DNA of 64,000 bases from Vitrella brassicaformis CCMP3155. Taxonomy: Eukaryota > Protista > Chromerida. The stretch is from contig CDMY01000698.1 of NCBI GenBank assembly GCA_001179505.1, positions 1-64,000 of the forward strand, given 5' to 3'. This document shows, piece by piece, positions 1 through 11,943 of this stretch. Both the position numbers and the translations under genes were made by a program. Under the pieces are notes generated by a model. That model saw nothing but the letters and a program-made list of their open reading frames with translations, was not told the DNA's origin and made no database searches. Each line of letters opens with the position of its first letter. The first letter of the stretch is position 1.

Positions 1-706
1 CGAGAATGGCCAGAAAGTGATTGATTGAATGAATGAATGAGTCAACGAATGATTGAATGAGTCATTGACTTCTGAGACCTCTTTGCGATGGTGAATGAAT
101 GATTGATTGATTGATTGATCAAGCATCAACGTCGACCTTCATTGTCCTGGCATTTCAATCATCTCGCCATTCTCGGCCGGCTCTGATCAGATGGACGGAC
201 AGCAAGGCCAGCCAAGATGCGATGCCGTGCAGTCATCAGCTGCCCGTCACGTCACAGGGGAAGGAAAGAAAGGAAAGACAGAGAGGACACAGCCGTTAGC
301 CGTTAGCGAGCTTGAATTTTGGCGTGCCCTTAACCACCGTGCCACCCTCCTCCATGGAATAATAGTTTTCTGCCGACTACTGCCGACCCGTCAACAACTC
401 CCACCTCTCTGCCTGCTCGCAGGCATACCTGCTTGCCTGCCCATTTATTCGTCTGTCTGCCTGTCTGTCTACCAAGTTGAACGTCTGACTCGCACCGCAG
501 GCTCTGCCTGTCGCTTGCTCTTGCAGACGAGCTGCGGGTCACATCCGGTGGGTGGCACTCGTCGGCTGCGAATGTCCTGCAGCCCTGCCATCATCGGTAC
601 GAGAACGTTGAAGACACACACAAGGGTCAGGCAGTGAAGATCTCGCACACACACAGACGTGTTCTGCGTGTCTGGTGTGCAGGCACTTGTCGCATACGTC
701 GCCGGC

Positions 707-2144
707 ATGAACAGCACTAGGCTCCTGCCTGATGAGAAACTGCGGACGTTCAAGACGACCAAATGCCCGCTGCTAGCAAGGGGGCGGTGCAACCTTGGAG
801 CTCAGTGTAACTTCTCGCACACAACCGAGTGGACGAGACGGCGTGTGTTCTATCACAACAGCAGCGACGCCATCAAGTACTGCCATGTGCAGTGCCCAGA
901 CGTCCAGATCGACTTCAGGCCCGAGGCCATTCTGTCCAACACGTCCATTCTGTCCAACACCTGCAAGCTGGGCGCCAAATGCCCGTACTCGCACTCGGCC
1001 GGTGAGCAAGGGGGACAGAGAGAGAAGACACACATGGCGTGGTGACATAAGTGGATATGCGAGTGTGTGTGTCATGACTGTGCTGCAGAGGAGATATTCT
1101 ATCACCCGCTGTTTTACAAGACCCGTGCGTGCCCGTCGTACCACTCAAAAGGCACGTACTGCAAAAGGCCCTACTGCCCGTTCGTCCACAGCCGCGCAGA
1201 CCGCCGCATACGTCAGGGACAAACCGACACGGAACAAACACCTTATCTCCACCCACTTTGTGGGCACCTCTCTGTGTGTGTTTGTGTGTGTGTGTTTGTG
1301 TGTGTGTGTGGGTGTGTGTGTGTGTGCAGACCGCCCCGATCACCAGTACAAGATGTACCTCAAGTACCACCGCAACGACGGCATCGAGCTGCCCCCCATC
1401 GAGGGCGTCATTCGGGTCGAGGGCCCCACCAAAGGCAGCAACGACCGACAGGTGTCACCAATCCCCCGGTCCGCGACCACCAGACCCAACGTGCCCCCGC
1501 CACCACCCATAGCCCTCCCCATCGCACACCAGCCAAACGACCAACTCACCAGGATACTCGACGCCCTTCGCAGCCTGCCCGAGACCGATTGTGCCGACGT
1601 GCTGCACAACCTGGCCAATGTGGGCCACATACTGGAGGAGGCCACACCGGCGTCAACACACGCGTCTCCTGCAACCCCCATGTCACTCGCGGACAGCGAG
1701 CTGGTTCCTCTGGAGTCGACGGCGCGCCCCCCCTTGGTGGTCAGCAACATTGAGGAGGCGACGGCGGCGCTGCACGCCCTGTCGCGATACTTCGAACACG
1801 CCGACGACCAGATCATTAAGGCCCTGCAACCCACCATCCTCGAGACGGCCCTGCCCATCGTGTTGGACTCGCTGAGCAAGCACCCGATACCCGAGGCCGG
1901 TCGCACCAGCAGCCAGGGCGGCTTCACACCCACACCCCCACCCCCACCCCCACCGCCACTCGCCGCACTGCCATCGCCGACACACATCGTGACCGTGCCC
2001 AGCCCGCATGACGAGGTGAACAGCGGTCGTGTGCAGATGGGCATGGGCATGGGCAGGGGAGTGGGCTTCACCATCAGCAGCGACCTCTCTACCGTTGTGC
2101 AGGGTCAGCAGGGGGGACGGGTGGGGTTGAAGAGGTGGGTGTAA
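707..2144 (+). CDS. CCCH zinc-finger protein (Unkempt-like fingers, Pro-rich C-terminal region), 3 exons
   Basis: CPLLARGRCNLGAQCNFSH and HPLFYKTRACPSYHSKGTYCKRPYCPFVH C3H motifs; GT-AG introns at about 1002-1088 and 1212-1329 join in phase; long Pro-rich terminal exon (ORF 795..2144). Confidence 0.85.
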
Positions 2145-4671
2145 TGTGTGTTGTGTTGGTGTGATGGATGGCTCAGCTTCGTCCAGCTGGTCCCGTTCTG
2201 GCTCGTCGGCACCGTCATTCTGCTTCCCACAGGCAGCGAGTGATGCCGCCTACAGCTACCGACAGGCCAGTCCCACGCCCCACACCACACTCACGGACCG
2301 CGAGCGTCATGTGGCACTGCCGAGGGGTCTGATCGACGAGGAGGGGGGGCTCTGAGAGAATGGCCAAGGACGCAAATATAAATGGCACAGGAGACGCAGG
2401 AGGGTGGGGATCCCTGACTGACCTGCATCCACGCTGCACACATACACACTGACTGACTGACTGACTGCCTCAGTGCATATTTCTACGGCGCGTGAGTCGC
2501 ACAGAATACCAGTTGAGTTGAAGGATGTCTTTTGATTACGGGGGAGAGAGCGGAAAGGGTCGGTGGCTGGCTGGGTGCACGAGGACCGACTTACTCCTTG
2601 GTGACTTATTCCTTTGCCACCGTGTTGTACCGTAGTTGTATGTGCCGTGTTGTCTTGTGTTGTGTCGCCTCTTCGCACCGCCATATCTCTATTTAATCGA
2701 CGTATATGGGAGGGGCGGGGGCGGCGACTTGATGCATGTGTGTGTGCGCGGGATTTCTGCTTTCTTTTTCGCCGCCGCACCCGCGCAGCCAGCCGGTTGA
2801 TTCATCAACGGCATTCGGTGTGCTAGTCAATGAAATGCGTGTGTGAGTGGGCGCGTATGTCTGACTCGCGTCTGGCCATGTGTGTCTGTGTGTGCGCGCG
2901 TGCGTGTGGCTGCGTATGTATGTGTGTGTGTGTGTCCCTGCGAGCGCTTCAGGGCGAAACGGGGCCTCGTCTTAAAGGAAAGCAAGAACACTCGGTGGTG
3001 TCAGGGAGGACATAGGGGCAAGACAGCCTTTTTTGGGCATTCTCCTTCTGCCCTCCTTGTCTGTCCCTCGTGTGGGCTGAGAGCTAAGGAGGAGGGCTCG
3101 TTTCCGACACAAGAAGCGACACGCAAAGATACTCTCGCAACTACCGAATCGCGTCCGTATCTGTCGTTTTGTGAGTGTGCCGAGTTTTCTCTGTAGTCAA
3201 TGCCATGCCGTGTGTGTGCAAGAGAGTTACCGACTCAGTGACCCACTAGTTGCCTTTCAGCCGTCTTACCGTCCTACTGTCTTGTCTTGCCATGCCTTAC
3301 CTGGTCTTGCGCTCTCTCGGGTCTCTAGGGTGTCTGGGTGCGTGTCGCCTCCCTGCCTGCCTGCCTGCCTTCTGACTGATTGATTGCTGCTGCCCACTGT
3401 GTGAGGCTGCCTGAGAGATGTGTCGTACGGCAGTGACATAGGCACATACACGCGTGTGTGTCGGCATGAAGCTTCTTGGTCTCTTCTCGTCTCCCTCCCC
3501 ACACTCGTCTCCCTCTCCGTAATGTTCGCCGCCGTCCGGTCCCTCCCTCCCTCCCTCCCTCCCTTGTCCACACCTGCGCATGCTCTTCCATCTCTCCCTG
3601 CTTTTGTTGTGCACCGGCGCGTGTGTGTGCCCATGAAGTGACAGAGAGCTGAGAGAGCCCACCCGTCCCTCCCCCCGTATGTGGCTGCATGCATAGGATT
3701 TAGCCGCCCCCCGCCAACCCCCCGCCACTAAACTACTCAACTCACTCACACTAACTACTCAGTACTCACCACCCACGGGAGCAATTCGTTCGTCCTCTCT
3801 CTCCCCCTTTGTGGCGATCCATTGTTTGTTTGTCGGCCGCAGCAGAAGGACTGATGTCTTGCTGCAGAGAGAGACACGGAAGAGCGATATGGACTGAGTG
3901 GAGAGAGGTGGGTATGAAAGCCGTGAGATATTCGGCATGCACCGTATTACAATGAGAATTGCTTCCTGTACTTCTCTGATGACATTAGCCATTACCCATT
4001 CGTCTTTGCCCGATTCGTCGTGCCTGCCTGCCTGCCTGTCTTACCAGATTTTCAAGCCGTAGGCAACGAACTCACCAGATTTTTGCGACCACAGCGAGCG
4101 GGCCGTTTGCCAGTCCCTGTGTGTGTGTGAGGCTGCTTAGGCTGGCCGTGTGACGTCGTGCCCAGCCTCGTTTACTGTTGCATGAGAAAGTGCCCTTCGC
4201 AGTCTGCATGTCTCTGTGTGTGTGTGTGATTGTCCTCCTCTCCGTTGCATAATGTGCGTCGAGTGAAGGGGAGGAGTGACGAAACGAGCCAGGACAAGAG
4301 AAGACCAGTGGCGGTGCCTACTGAGATTTTTGTACAATCTAGTAACAGCTCGTGTGCGACACTCAAGGAAGGTGTCTCTCGACTTTCCCTGTGACTATCT
4401 ATCTATGACGGCAGTCTTTTGTCGGACAAACAGGCAGGTAGAGACAGGTAGGAGATCTCGGTCGGCTGACGGACACGCCGCAGTTCAGACACACGAGACA
4501 TGAACATACTTGGACAGGTGCAGAAAAATTAATCGACGTGAACATTCATCCGCGTTCGTCCAACGTATGCATTCACACACCCCTACACACATCTGATTCA
4601 CGAGTAGGACATCTTACTCAACGCGGAAAAATGAGAATTTACTACAGCAGCTTCGGGGCGGTGGGGCGGGG

Positions 4672-6062
4672 ATGGATTCGTTCGTTCCTCGCCCGGGGCC
4701 CTCGTCCATCCCTCCCTTCTCATCGCATCGATATCATCCTGGTGACGAGCAAGCCCCGATCTCATTCGACGACCTGCCGGCCGAGAGCATATGGGTAGAT
4801 GGCAAGACCACATGGAGCAGGCCGCTGGTAGGCATGACAGATCCGATGCGCTGAGACGAAATCCACCCACGGCAGCATTTGGGGCGTGTGTTTCTTTATT
4901 TGCCATGGGTTGCAGGACGAGCACATGCTATCGTATCTGATGAATAAGAACGCCACCTCGTGTCGTGAGCACACGGCCATACTGGGCCTCATGACCAAGA
5001 CCCCTGAGGTGATTTTTACTGAAAAGCTCACACGAAAGAATGATCATGCCACTCAGATGGTCGACTTTGATTTGTGTCATATGCTCCTTTCACACACATG
5101 CACCGACAGTGGCGCAAGATGTGTTTCATCCACAACCCCGAGGACGGCATCATCTCCAAGAGCAAAGCCCTGCACCGCCTGGGCTTTATCAAAAAGTACC
5201 TACATAGCCTGCACGCTGGCCGGCTGGCTTCTGCAACCCTGCAATGCAAACACCCACAAGAGTCCATCCATTTTGTCCTCTTATTCAGGTACCAGAACGA
5301 GGCCCCCTTCGTGTGGGCACGATCGTACCTGAGCGTCATCGACCAGCACGGCGTCTTCACGGCACGGGCAGCACGTGGCGAGAAAGCAGATGTGGGTCTG
5401 CTGGACGGGGGCATGCCGGTGCGCATGGGGCTGTGTGATTGGAGGGGGGAGGTGCTTGGGGTGGGGGTGGGGCGTAGGGCTACGGTGAACATGTCGGATG
5501 AGGCTCTCGGTACGTTTCGCCAAGAACGATGGAAGGGTGCGCAGCCATAATGTCTCTCTCTCTCTCTCTCTGCGTGTGTCCATTTCATGCAGAGGAGGAT
5601 GCAGTTGGCGATTCTGGGGCGAACAAGGCCGTAGACAAGGCTATGCAGGGACACACGCGGGCTGAAGGTGGCACTCTGACATGATCAGAGCGCTCACACG
5701 CCTCCCCTCTGTCCCTGTCAGGTAGTGGCATTGGTGGTATTGGTGGTCTGGGGAAAAGCCCCAACAACAATTCATCCTCGCCCGAGGACTTAGGCGGATC
5801 CGAAGACGACAGCACAGAGCACAAAGGGAAGAAGCAGCCCTCGCACATCTACCCCGTATACGTGGAGGGCGAGAAGCGACCCGCCTACCCGCGGTACTTC
5901 CGCTACGCCCCCACTGGGCGTGTCTATGATCGTCTCAGACCGGCCGATTTTGTGGAGCTCACCAAGCTATTCTTCCAGAATACCTCAGAGGGGCAGGAGG
6001 GTAATGCGGGTGCGGAGGTTGATGGGGCGAGAGACAGCAAGCGGGCCAGAGTGGGGTCGTAG
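4672..6062 (+). CDS. Hypothetical protein, about 5 exons
   Basis: Exons MDSFVPRPG..., DEHMLSYLM...HATQM, WRKMCFIHNP...FIKK, YQNEAPFVW..., EEDAVG..., GSGIGG...RARVGS* join in phase through GT-AG introns; no family recognised. Confidence 0.6.
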
Positions 6063-6457
6063 CAGCCAGCTGCATGACATGACCGGGATCATGATCAGTG
6101 TTGGTGAGGTGGGTACGTCGGTCGGGGTGGCACGGACGGGAAGTCGGGCGGGCTGGGAAGCAGACAGACCTAAGTAGACAGACCAATTGAGCGAGAAGTA
6201 AATGGGGTGGGTTGAAGAGCGTGGGAGCCGTGGCTGGGCTGCCTGACCACTCACTACACACTGACTAAATGGATTCAAACCAGCACGAACGACACACACG
6301 TCCACACGCACTGTACGTCCTAATTCACATGTATGTGCCATCTAGCTATAGCAAATTATGTACACACAACGACAGACAACAGCTCGATCAACAGCCGACG
6401 ACCGACCGCACAGACAGCCACACAGCGTCTGTCCATTCATTCCATCCATCAGTCTAT

Positions 6458-9400
6458 CTACTGGATGATCCTGAGCATGTCCCTCCGTCGCCAGTAGATG
6501 GCGTTGACGTCCCTCTCCTGGTAGTCGGTCATCCGCCGACCCACTATGCAGATGTTCTCCTTCAGCTGGTACAAATCCGTCGCACCTATCAGCTGCCGTC
6601 ACACACACACACGCGCGCGCATGTGGCTCCTTGTCTGTCTGTGTGGTTGGTATGGGCCATGGCATTCATTGGCTCTTCACCGTGCTGCACACGAATGGCC
6701 GGCTATAGACCCATTGCAGCGACAGGTGGGAGAGATTCCTGAAGGAAAGGAATGCACACACAAACACGCACACACATACAAACAGGGATTGCCGTGGGTG
6801 TGGGTGTGAGACTGGGAGGGAGATTGTCAGCTTATTTATTACTTACGGGTGTCCGTGGAACATTGCCGACTTGTGCAGCTCCACCACTGTCCGGGCCGCC
6901 AGAGACGCCCTAAACACACACATCCACACACACACACACATACACACACACACAGGTCCGTGTGTCGGCGGTGCGTCTGCCCACCGGTATCTCTTCATGT
7001 AGGACGGGAATTTGAGCATCCGGCCTCTCGTCGGGTAGTCAACTGTCTCAAGATACTTGCCGCTCAGAATGCCCCCGGCCAGCGGCGAATACGCCAACAA
7101 AGCAATGCCTGATTTGACCACACACCACACCGATGTGTGTGAGTGCGTCGGTGCTGACAGACAGACAGACAGACAGACAGACCGGTGTTTTGCGGCCTGG
7201 CGAGCTCCACAAATCCCTTCTCGACGTCGTTGCGGTTTAGGAGGTTGTAGTTGACCTGCACTGAGGCTGGCGGGGGGACGCCCAGCTCCTGACAGACAGA
7301 CAGACAGAAAATGACAGATGGACGCGTGTAAGCGTGACGCGTGTAAGCGTGTGTTTGGTGGGTTTGGTACCTGTGCGAGGTGCCAGAACTGCAGCAGGCC
7401 ATAGGGGGTCTCGTTGGACAGACCCCACGCACGAATCTGACACACACACACACACAGACACACACATACAGACACACACAGACACGGACATGCCAGGATT
7501 GCGTGTCTGTCTGTCTGACGCACATGGGTGGGCATTTGGCTGGCTGACCTTTCCCTGGTCCATCAGCTCTTTGATGGCCTCGAGCTGCTCCTCAAACGAA
7601 ATGTCGTCCTCAAGCTCACTCTGCCAACACACACACACGAGCGGACACACATACCCATCCATCCATCTCTCTCCACACACACACCCACAAGAATCGCTTC
7701 TCCACTTGTGCGACGCACCTTGGGGTCGTATATGACCTGCGAGAAGTCCCCGCTCATGTGCATCGGCACATACCGGTCCGGCCAGTGGAACTGCAAGAGG
7801 TCGATGTAGTCGGTCTGCAGCCTGGTCAGGGAGCCCTCGACGGCCTGCATGATCTGCCTCTTGGACAGCCGCGTGCCGCCGCCGGCATTGCCTGGGTCGC
7901 TGCGCAGCCAACCCAGCTTGTCACTGCGGCCGGCCACCTTTGTCGCTGAACACACACACAGAAGCATATGGATGTCATCGTGGGCATGTGTGTGGGCATG
8001 TGTGTGGGTGGATGGTGGGTACCGATAGTGAATTTGCTGCGATTGTCCTCGCCGCGTTTGGCAAGCCAGTTGCCCAGGATGGTCTCGGCCTTGCCGTAGT
8101 GCGCGGGCAGCGCGGGAAGGGGGTACAGCTCAGCCGTGTCCTGACCAAACACACAAACCACAAGAGCATCATTCACCCACACAAACCCACACACGGGGGA
8201 GGGCCTCATTACGAAGAAGTTCAGCCCATATCGGTCATATGCGAAGTCGAGCAGCTCGTGTGCGGATGCCTCGTCATTCTGGTTGCCGAATGTCATGGTG
8301 CCGATGCCGATCTCGGGCACCACCAGGTCAGATGTGCCGAGCCGCTTCCATCGCAGGCCGTGTGTCGCGTAATCGGCGTGATACCTGGAGAGAAACAAAC
8401 AAACCACGGCCTCCTGTGTGAGGGTATGTGTGTGTGTGTGTGTGTGTGGAGGGGGGCTGTGTCGCTACGTGGTCTCGACGGTGGGGCATGAGTAGTTGTT
8501 GTGCACTTGGGCGCCGAACGGTGACATGGAGTCGATGAAGGGGTCGAACCATGTCGGCATCTCATAGTGCACACCTGCACACACACACACACACACAGAA
8601 CACGAACACATTCATATGTGTGTGTCTCCCTCTGTGTGTGTGTGTGTGTGTGTGTGCCTTTGATGAGGTAGTCTTCAGTTGGCGGGAGTCGCCAGGTTGC
8701 ATTGTCGACAGGCTTCTCGGGCGGCGTCATGTCGTCGTTATACCTTAACACGCACACACAGACACAGCAGGCACCCCTTTCTCGCGCCCCTCTCTCTCGC
8801 GCGCGCGCTCTCTCTCTCTCTGCGTACCATCGTTTTGTTTTGAAGTCATTGGATTTCCAGGGCATGTACCATGACATGTTGATGCCTTGTGCCTGATACA
8901 CACACACACACACACACACAGCTGCCTGCGATCAGTCCGTCGGCATGTTGTCTGTCGGTGGGGGCTCGTACCCAGTTTTCCTTGGTCCGATAGGGCGCGT
9001 ATGTCTTGTAGCTCCACGAGTAGTTGCGGGCGGGGTCGTACAGATGCTGCATGAACTCATAGCCCTCTGGCTCCTGCTCAAAGTAACCTTCGTTGCATCC
9101 GCACGCACACACACACACAAACACGTATGTGCGGGCTTGCTCACGTGTCCATGTGTCTGTGTGGGTGGGTGGGTGTGTACATTCGATGCCAGTGACGTTC
9201 CAGGGCCCCCAGTTGGGCTGCATCCAGACCTCCTCCGGAATGTCCTTGGGCTTCTGGATGATGCAGCTGTCGTCATCCCGCTGGTGCTTGTACAAACCGA
9301 ACTTCCACCAGTGGTCTTCGCACACACACACACAGAGGGAGAGAGATGTCTGTCTGTCTGTCTATGCGACAAGCATGCCTACCATGTCTGATCTGTTCCA

Positions 9401-10235
9401 TGGTGCCGGGCGGCCCCCACTCGGCCTTGAGCCGCTCCGTCGTCGGCGTGTCGAGGTACATATCGTCGCCAGGCTTGTACTGGAAGTAGGGCACCCCATC
9501 GTCAGTCTGCAGCCGCTCCCACTGCCAAAAGGCCTTCCCAAAGTCCTGCAGCTTCGGCTCCTCATAGCTCACGTTCGGCAGGCGAGGCAGGTCAGGCCCG
9601 AACTTCTCCTCCTTGACCCCCGCTTCACGCCTGCACCCCCCCAACAGACATACACACCCAGTGCTTGTATCCTAGCACCAGTGACCCGCCCACCGACCCA
9701 TCGACCCACCGACGCACCTCCGCTCCTTCATGCCCTTCCACTTGAGGTATTCGTTCATCCGCGGCCGCGGCTCGTCCCCCCAGGGGTCAAACCTCGGACC
9801 GTGCCACAGGGCGTGGAACTTGAAGTACTTGCTGGTGCCGAGGAAGCTGCGCTTGGGGTAGCGCTTCTTGAAGCCCGCCTTGGTCAGCCATTTCTCCATG
9901 GCCTGGGCGCGCTCGTCGTCGGGGCCTGCCACGCGAGTCTTGAGCGACTGGGCCATCATCGTGACGAGCCGCCGATGCAGGAGGGAGGGGCGGTGTGAGC
10001 GTCTTGGAGGGGGATGCAGAGGGACGGGAGCGGCAACAAAGCCTGGCCTGCAGGCAGACAGGCAGGCAGACAGGCAGGCAGACAGGCACTGAATGAATGG
10101 ATGCGTCCCATTCTTATATGTGTGTGTCTGTGTACGCACCTGCGATGCAGACGGAGTGAGTGCAGCAGATGGGAAGAGCTCCTTCGCCTCAGCGCAGCAT
10201 CCATATTGCTATCGACACATAACGAGAACCCGTCT

Positions 10236-10270
<35 letters not shown>

Positions 10271-10279
10271 GGTCAGCAT
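6458..10279 (-). CDS. Aldo-keto reductase (Tas/AKR-like) with signal+transit-like leader and about 330-aa aromatic-rich N-terminal extension; more than 15 exons
   Basis: Motifs LGTSDLVVPEIGIGTMTFG, DTAELYP, IATKV, LQTDYIDLLQFHWPDR, IRAWGLSNET, QVNYNLLNR, LAYSPLAGGILSGKY, LQWVYSRPFV; the junctions from the leader (MLTLLLLLLLLLLVDGF) to the start of the AKR domain join in phase. Confidence 0.9.
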
Positions 10280-10538
10280 CTTGAAGAACAGTGACGCAGG
10301 AGGACAGGCACACAGCTGCCTGGTGCCTGTCCATGAGTGATGAACCATCCTCTCAGCTGTCCGAGAGATCTTCGTCCGCTGCGGCCAATGTGAAGCCACA
10401 AGCACATGAATGCCTCAGCATAGCACCCTTCTAGAGCCTTGCAAACAGCAGAAGGCGCAGATCTTTCCTTCTCCTCGACGGATCGCCGACGTCTGCGCGC
10501 TCATCCCAGGTGCTCCCTGAAACCGCTGCTGCCAGCAG

Positions 10539-11775
10539 ATGCGCCATTTCCCCCTTCTCCCCCTCCCCCTCATGATGGTTGACCTCGCTGTGCCCGCTTC
10601 TGCTATCGCTTTCCACCCACCACACACAGGGATGCCGCGCATTCACTCATGGCCTTCCCTGGAGCAAGCACAGCCATGCGTCAGGCGACAACGGACGGCA
10701 GAAGGCGTCCAGCAACAGGAGAGATCTGACCACACGACAGTACGCGTGCCAGAAGCACGGAAGAGCTGGACTCATTATTCCGGAGGGCTGTTTGTGTTGT
10801 GTGTTTGTGTGAGCGAGTAGGGTGTTCAGGCGTCAGTGCAGGAGCCTCCGCGGACAGAGGGAGTGAGCAGGGAGCAGCTCGACAGTGTGGCAAACCTCCA
10901 GACAGAACTGGACGAATCGGTGAGCGAGGCATATGTATGTGCATATTGGTGCCAGGGAACACACGGGGATTTATGGCAGTTTGCGCGTGTGTCTGTCTAA
11001 GCAGCCAATAGCTGCTCGGCGCATTCACCCCGTGCCGCCCGACAATGAGCTCTACAGAGTGGTCGAAAGGCAGCTGCAGAGACCACCACTGGGTAAGGGG
11101 GCGTGTATGCGTGAGCGCGTGTCGATATTCCATCGGCGTGATGGTGTGTATCGTGTGTCAGGTGAGTTTGAGGTGTGTCGTTACAGCAGTGGCGGGGTGC
11201 CCCAGGTGCTGCGGGTGAGCCCCATCCTTCAGGCCAGCCCATTCCCCACACTCTACTGGCTCACTGACCCCACACTCATCGCGTCAGTGAGTCATTCACC
11301 GAGTCACCACCCACACACAACGGCACAAGGACAGAGAGATGCACACGTGTGTGTGCCCTGTGTGTGTGTGCAATCAGTGAGATAGGGCGCATCGAGTCGT
11401 CTGGTTGGATCAAGCGGCTTGAGAAGGACGTCATCCCCAACAACAGAGAGCTGCAAACCAGGATGATACAAGACAACATAAGATACATCAAGTACGCACA
11501 CACATGGACACATAGATGCCTCTCTCTCGTGTCTATGGACTGTCTGTCTGTCTGTGTCTGCCTGTAGGGAGCGATGGTCTTACCTGCCCCACACAGACAG
11601 CGCCCCTAGTGCAGCGATTGCCCGCGTGTTGCGCCACCGCGGCATCGGCGGAATCATCGACTTCACTCGCGTGCGGTGTCTGCACATGCAGTACGCCTAC
11701 CACCTAATGAGCGACAACGGCACCGCCATCGGACAGCTCATCGACAGGGAGTTCCATGTCGACAGGCTCGTGTGA
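10539..11775 (+). CDS. DUF501-family protein with hydrophobic N-terminal leader, 6 exons
   Basis: PFPTLYWLTDP, IAEIGRIESSGWIK, RGIGG and RCLHMQYAYHL...IG match the DUF501 pattern as recalled; all introns GT-AG and in phase. Confidence 0.8.
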
Positions 11776-11943
11776 TGGTTGAGTGGATGGATGGATGGAT
11801 GGACGGTGGCTGAGTGAGTGCATGACGCTGTGTTGTTTTGTACATGTAGATAAACAAGACATGCACGTGTTCTGTGTCCCACAACTGCGTGGAAGCGTTC
11901 TTCTCACCCACGAGTCTGGTCCACAACACGCGCGCACACTAGA

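Noticed and set aside
1-120. (TGAA/TGAT)n repeats as a CRISPR-like or telomeric array
   Set aside because: Simple degenerate tetranucleotide microsatellite with no spacers; the same motif recurs at about 27920 and 41115.
1340-2074. Long antisense ORFs overlapping genes (this one and, for example, 12650..13075, 17812..18366, 21058..21669, 55273..56049)
   Set aside because: Expected shadow ORFs in high-GC coding DNA.
2300-4600. ORFs in the long intergenic region (for example 3759..3992, 3266..3694)
   Set aside because: Dominated by microsatellite-derived low-complexity peptides; no consistent exon chain.
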